From positions 1 through 52,000 of the forward strand of contig NW_027437481.1 of NCBI RefSeq assembly GCF_964204645.1: a stretch of DNA of 52,000 nucleotides. Reading direction: 5' to 3'. The first letter of the stretch is position 1; the number at the start of each line of letters is the position of its first letter. The position numbers and the translations under genes were made by a program. The notes under the pieces are model-generated. The model worked only from the letters and a program-made list of their open reading frames with translations. It searched no databases and was not told where the DNA came from. Below are positions 48,946 through 52,000 of this stretch, piece by piece. This DNA comes from Tubulanus polymorphus. Taxonomy: Eukaryota > Animalia > Nemertea.

Positions 48946-50930
48946 TTTATTTATTGAAACAATCTAAAATATAAGAACACGACGTTTCGATCTCACACTA
49001 AATATTGACTAAAAACAGGGGTATTTATACAGAGGAGAACAAGTTAATTGAGTAAATCGGTGAGTGAGTAACTAATTAGTGTTTGGCAAGGCAAGAAGTA
49101 ATATACTTAGAAAGAAGGGAATTGTGAGGAGAAAAGCCATTATTTAAATTGGTACTAATATCTGTGTGACGAGTAATTAGGGCAGACTCAACTATGTGGT
49201 GTTTAGTGTAATTGCTTGAAGTATAAATAATTTCGGCTCTATCAAAATTAAAACGATGACCAGTGTTCCAAGCCTGATTGGCTACGCCACTAGCCGGTTT
49301 TTGATTTATTATATCCTTTATGTGTCCCGAAATTTGAGTTTTTAAATCACGACCAGTTTCTCCAAAGTAAATTTTATCACAGCCAAAACAAAGAATTTTG
49401 TAAACTCCACAGTCCAAAGGTGGAGATTGATTGTTTTTTACCAAAGTCTTGCTAATTTTGTTTTAATACGTGAAAATGATTAGTTTATCCAATGAAGGGA
49501 GAGAGTGACGAAACTTTTCCAAAACAGGTACATACGGAACTACAATGAATTCTGAAATGTGTTCTTTATTTTCTGGAGGTTTAGAATTAAAGAAAGTACG
49601 TTTAGCCTAAGAAATAGTATTTTCAAAATGCGATCAGGGTAAGCCAAGTTTTTAAGACAGTTGGAGAGTTATATAATTCAGCCGAAAGGAAGGTTTCATC
49701 GCAGATCCGCAGTGCACGGAGAAAGAGGCCTTGAGCGAGACCAATTTTGATTGATTTAGCACTAAACGAAAAGAAATGGAGATATGCCTCAGCGTTGATC
49801 GGTTTACGGTAGACTGAAAAAATCAAATGAGAGTATTTATTGTGGATTAGAACATCTAAAAAGGGAATTTGGTCATTTTGTTCTCATTCAAAAGTGAATT
49901 CCAGAGATGGATATCGAGAGTTGATGAAGTCAATAAAAGAGTTAAGATCAAAATCATCAGAAACTAAGCACAGAATGTCATCAATATATCTAATCCAAAA
50001 GTTAGGTGTAGAGGCAGCGTAATTTAGAAGAATTTTGGATTCAAAATGTTCAAGGAAAAGATTAGCCAAAATGGGGGATAATCGGTTACCCATAGCGAAA
50101 CCGAAAATTTGTTCATAGAATCTGTCTTGGAATTGGAAGTATAGATTGGTTGTTCCAAAAGTTCAAGTAAGCAATCTACAGGAATCGGGAGATCAAGATT
50201 GGAGTCCGGGAGTTTTCTTCTTAAGAAATTGAGAGTTGGTTCCAATAGTATATTTGTAAACAAGGATATAGCGTCGAAAGATATAAATTTTTGGCCATTA
50301 GGTTTGAGATTTTTGAGTTTGTCTAATAGATCCATATTGTGCTGAATGTGAGAATCAGAAAAAGTACCCAGAGCCGGGGAGAGTACTTTAGCCAGATATT
50401 TGGAGAGCCGATATAATGGAGAATTGATATTAGAAATGATCGGTCTTAAAGGTGAATTGGGTTTATGAATTTTAGGAAGACCATAAGCATAAGGAAGATT
50501 TGGAAGCCGAGAGTTGAATTTGGAGATGAAATCCGAATGATTAGGAAATTTCTTAGAGATGTTTTTTAAACCTAAATTAAAAGCTGATTGCATCTTTTTC
50601 AAAGGGTTGTTTCTGGTTGATTTGTAGAAATTGGAATCCCCGAGAATAGCAATCATTTTAGAATTGTAATTGATCAAATCTGGAATAAAAATTTTGCCGC
50701 CTTTATCAGCCTTGGAGATGCGGATGGTTTTGATGGATTTTGTAGAAATTGGAATCCCCGAGAATAGCAAACATTTTAGAATTGTATAATTGATCAAATC
50801 TTGAATAACTATTTTGCCGCCTTTATCAGCCTTGGAGATGCGGATGGTTTTGATGGATTTTGTAGAAATTGAAATCCCCGAGAATAGCAAACATTTTTGA
50901 ATTGTAATTGATCAAATTTTGCCGCCTTTT
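48946..50930 (-). pseudogene. Penelope-like retroelement (RT + C-terminal GIY-YIG), 5'-truncated and frameshifted
   Basis: RT motifs KADKG, YGLPKIHK..PLRPIIS, SFDAISLFT, MGNRLSPILANLFL, WIRYIDD, PFLDVLI and VYRKP, split over several frames. GIY-YIG motif CGVYKILCFGCDKIYFGETGR in 49076..49444. A pLTR-like tail carries TATAAATA, GAGATCGAAACGTCG and AATAAA. Confidence 0.92.
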
Positions 50931-51101
50931 TTGTTTGAACAAAGAAGTAATATGTTCAATCGAACAGAATTGTTCTCATCCGAACATTCATTCGAACAAA
51001 ATTGTTTTCCCTCAACAAATTTTTATGGTTGGGACAAAAACTTTTTCGTTCGAACAATAACAGCGCTTTATTCGATCAAATATCTATTACAAATCGAAAG
51101 A

Positions 51102-51607
51102 TTTTTGGTTTACCTTTGTCAGCAGTATGAGGTTGGCATTGAGCCAATTCATGTAAAATCGCGGTAGGTTTTTTTATGTGAGCATTTTTTTCATTCGGCT
51201 GTGTTTTCTGTTTGATAGAATTTGTAATAAATTGTAATTTCTTGTGACCTGAAAATACTAAGCATCAAACTATAGGTATAGGCCGAGGTCTGAATATTGT
51301 AGTGGTAAATTCCAGGATTTAGAACGATCTAATACTACGCCCCGGTTTGTTTTCCAAGACTCAATATTCAGCCACCCTCTGATATGTGACATCATAGGAA
51401 TTTTATTTGAATAGTTTTTCCTATTGTGAAAATATTTCTTTGAAAATATGAAATAGTTTCCAATGCCGCGCCTACCTGTACCATACGAAATTTTGGACGT
51501 AGACCATAAACAAATGTTTATTTTAGGTCTTATTTGACAACAAAATAATTCTTTAAGAAAGATAAAATGCAATATAAACTTCTAGAACTTTGAAGTCGTG
51601 AATTAAA
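51102..51607 (+). mobile_element. Unclassified interspersed repeat, short copy
   Basis: Matches 24604-25660 without the central segment. Confidence 0.75.
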
Positions 51608-51902
51608 AAGATTTTTTAAGCAAAGCCCTTACTCCAAACAACCTCTAGCTTTCAAGGTAAACCACACTTTGCCCATGGGCAATTTATTTGTTCAAACAAA
51701 CAGTATATTGTTCGAACAAACAAAATTGTTTTCATTCCAACGAATTGTTTTCGCTCAACAAATTTTTTTGTCGGGACAAAAGTTTTTACTTTTGAACAAT
51801 AACAAAGCGTTTTATTCTAACACATTTTGGTTCAAGTCCAGTATAGCGTGGAATAGTTCCTCGCTCAAAGATACATTTATAGAAAAAGGAGTAATTCGGC
51901 TG

Positions 51903-52000
51903 CGACCGATTCTACTCGTCGACAATGTCTACAACCCCGATTGTCGACCGATTCTACTCGTCGACAATGTCTACAACCCCGATTGTCGACCGATTCTACT
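51903..52000. repeat. 42-bp tandem repeat running off the window end
   Basis: CGACCGATTCTACTCGTCGACAATGTCTACAACCCCGATTGT starting at 51903, 51945 and 51987. Confidence 0.9.

Overview
This is eukaryotic, AT-rich, repeat-dense DNA, most likely from an animal: it has spliceosomal introns and metazoan transposon families, and no bacterial operons, rRNA, intact tRNA or CRISPR. 1-7.4 kb is a transposon nest. An apparently intact 3-exon Sola2-type DDD transposase element (5' end outside the window) ends at 4391 inside a BEL/Pao gag-protease remnant, which is joined in frame to an intron-containing PIF/Harbinger transposase pseudogene. 8-28 kb is a mosaic of MITEs, five copies of a Helentron-associated non-autonomous element (HINE) with a 154-bp internal tandem repeat, minisatellites, a LINE RT scrap and a few candidate exons. 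28.4-46.0 kb is a ~17-kb array of ~31-bp monomers, each with a palindromic CpG core; variant monomers recur in fixed phrases and nested higher-order duplications (444, 1862, 1992, 2712 bp). All long minus-strand ORFs there are products of the repeat. 47-52 kb holds MITEs, a CACTA-like right end, a frameshifted Penelope-like element with a half-deleted hammerhead, and a 42-bp tandem repeat. I see no evidence of a new enzymatic system. The best leads are the structured array, a strong excess of the octamer TAGGCCTA, a possible 24.8-kb element enclosing the array, and the BEL-Harbinger chimera. All counts and alignments were done by eye.
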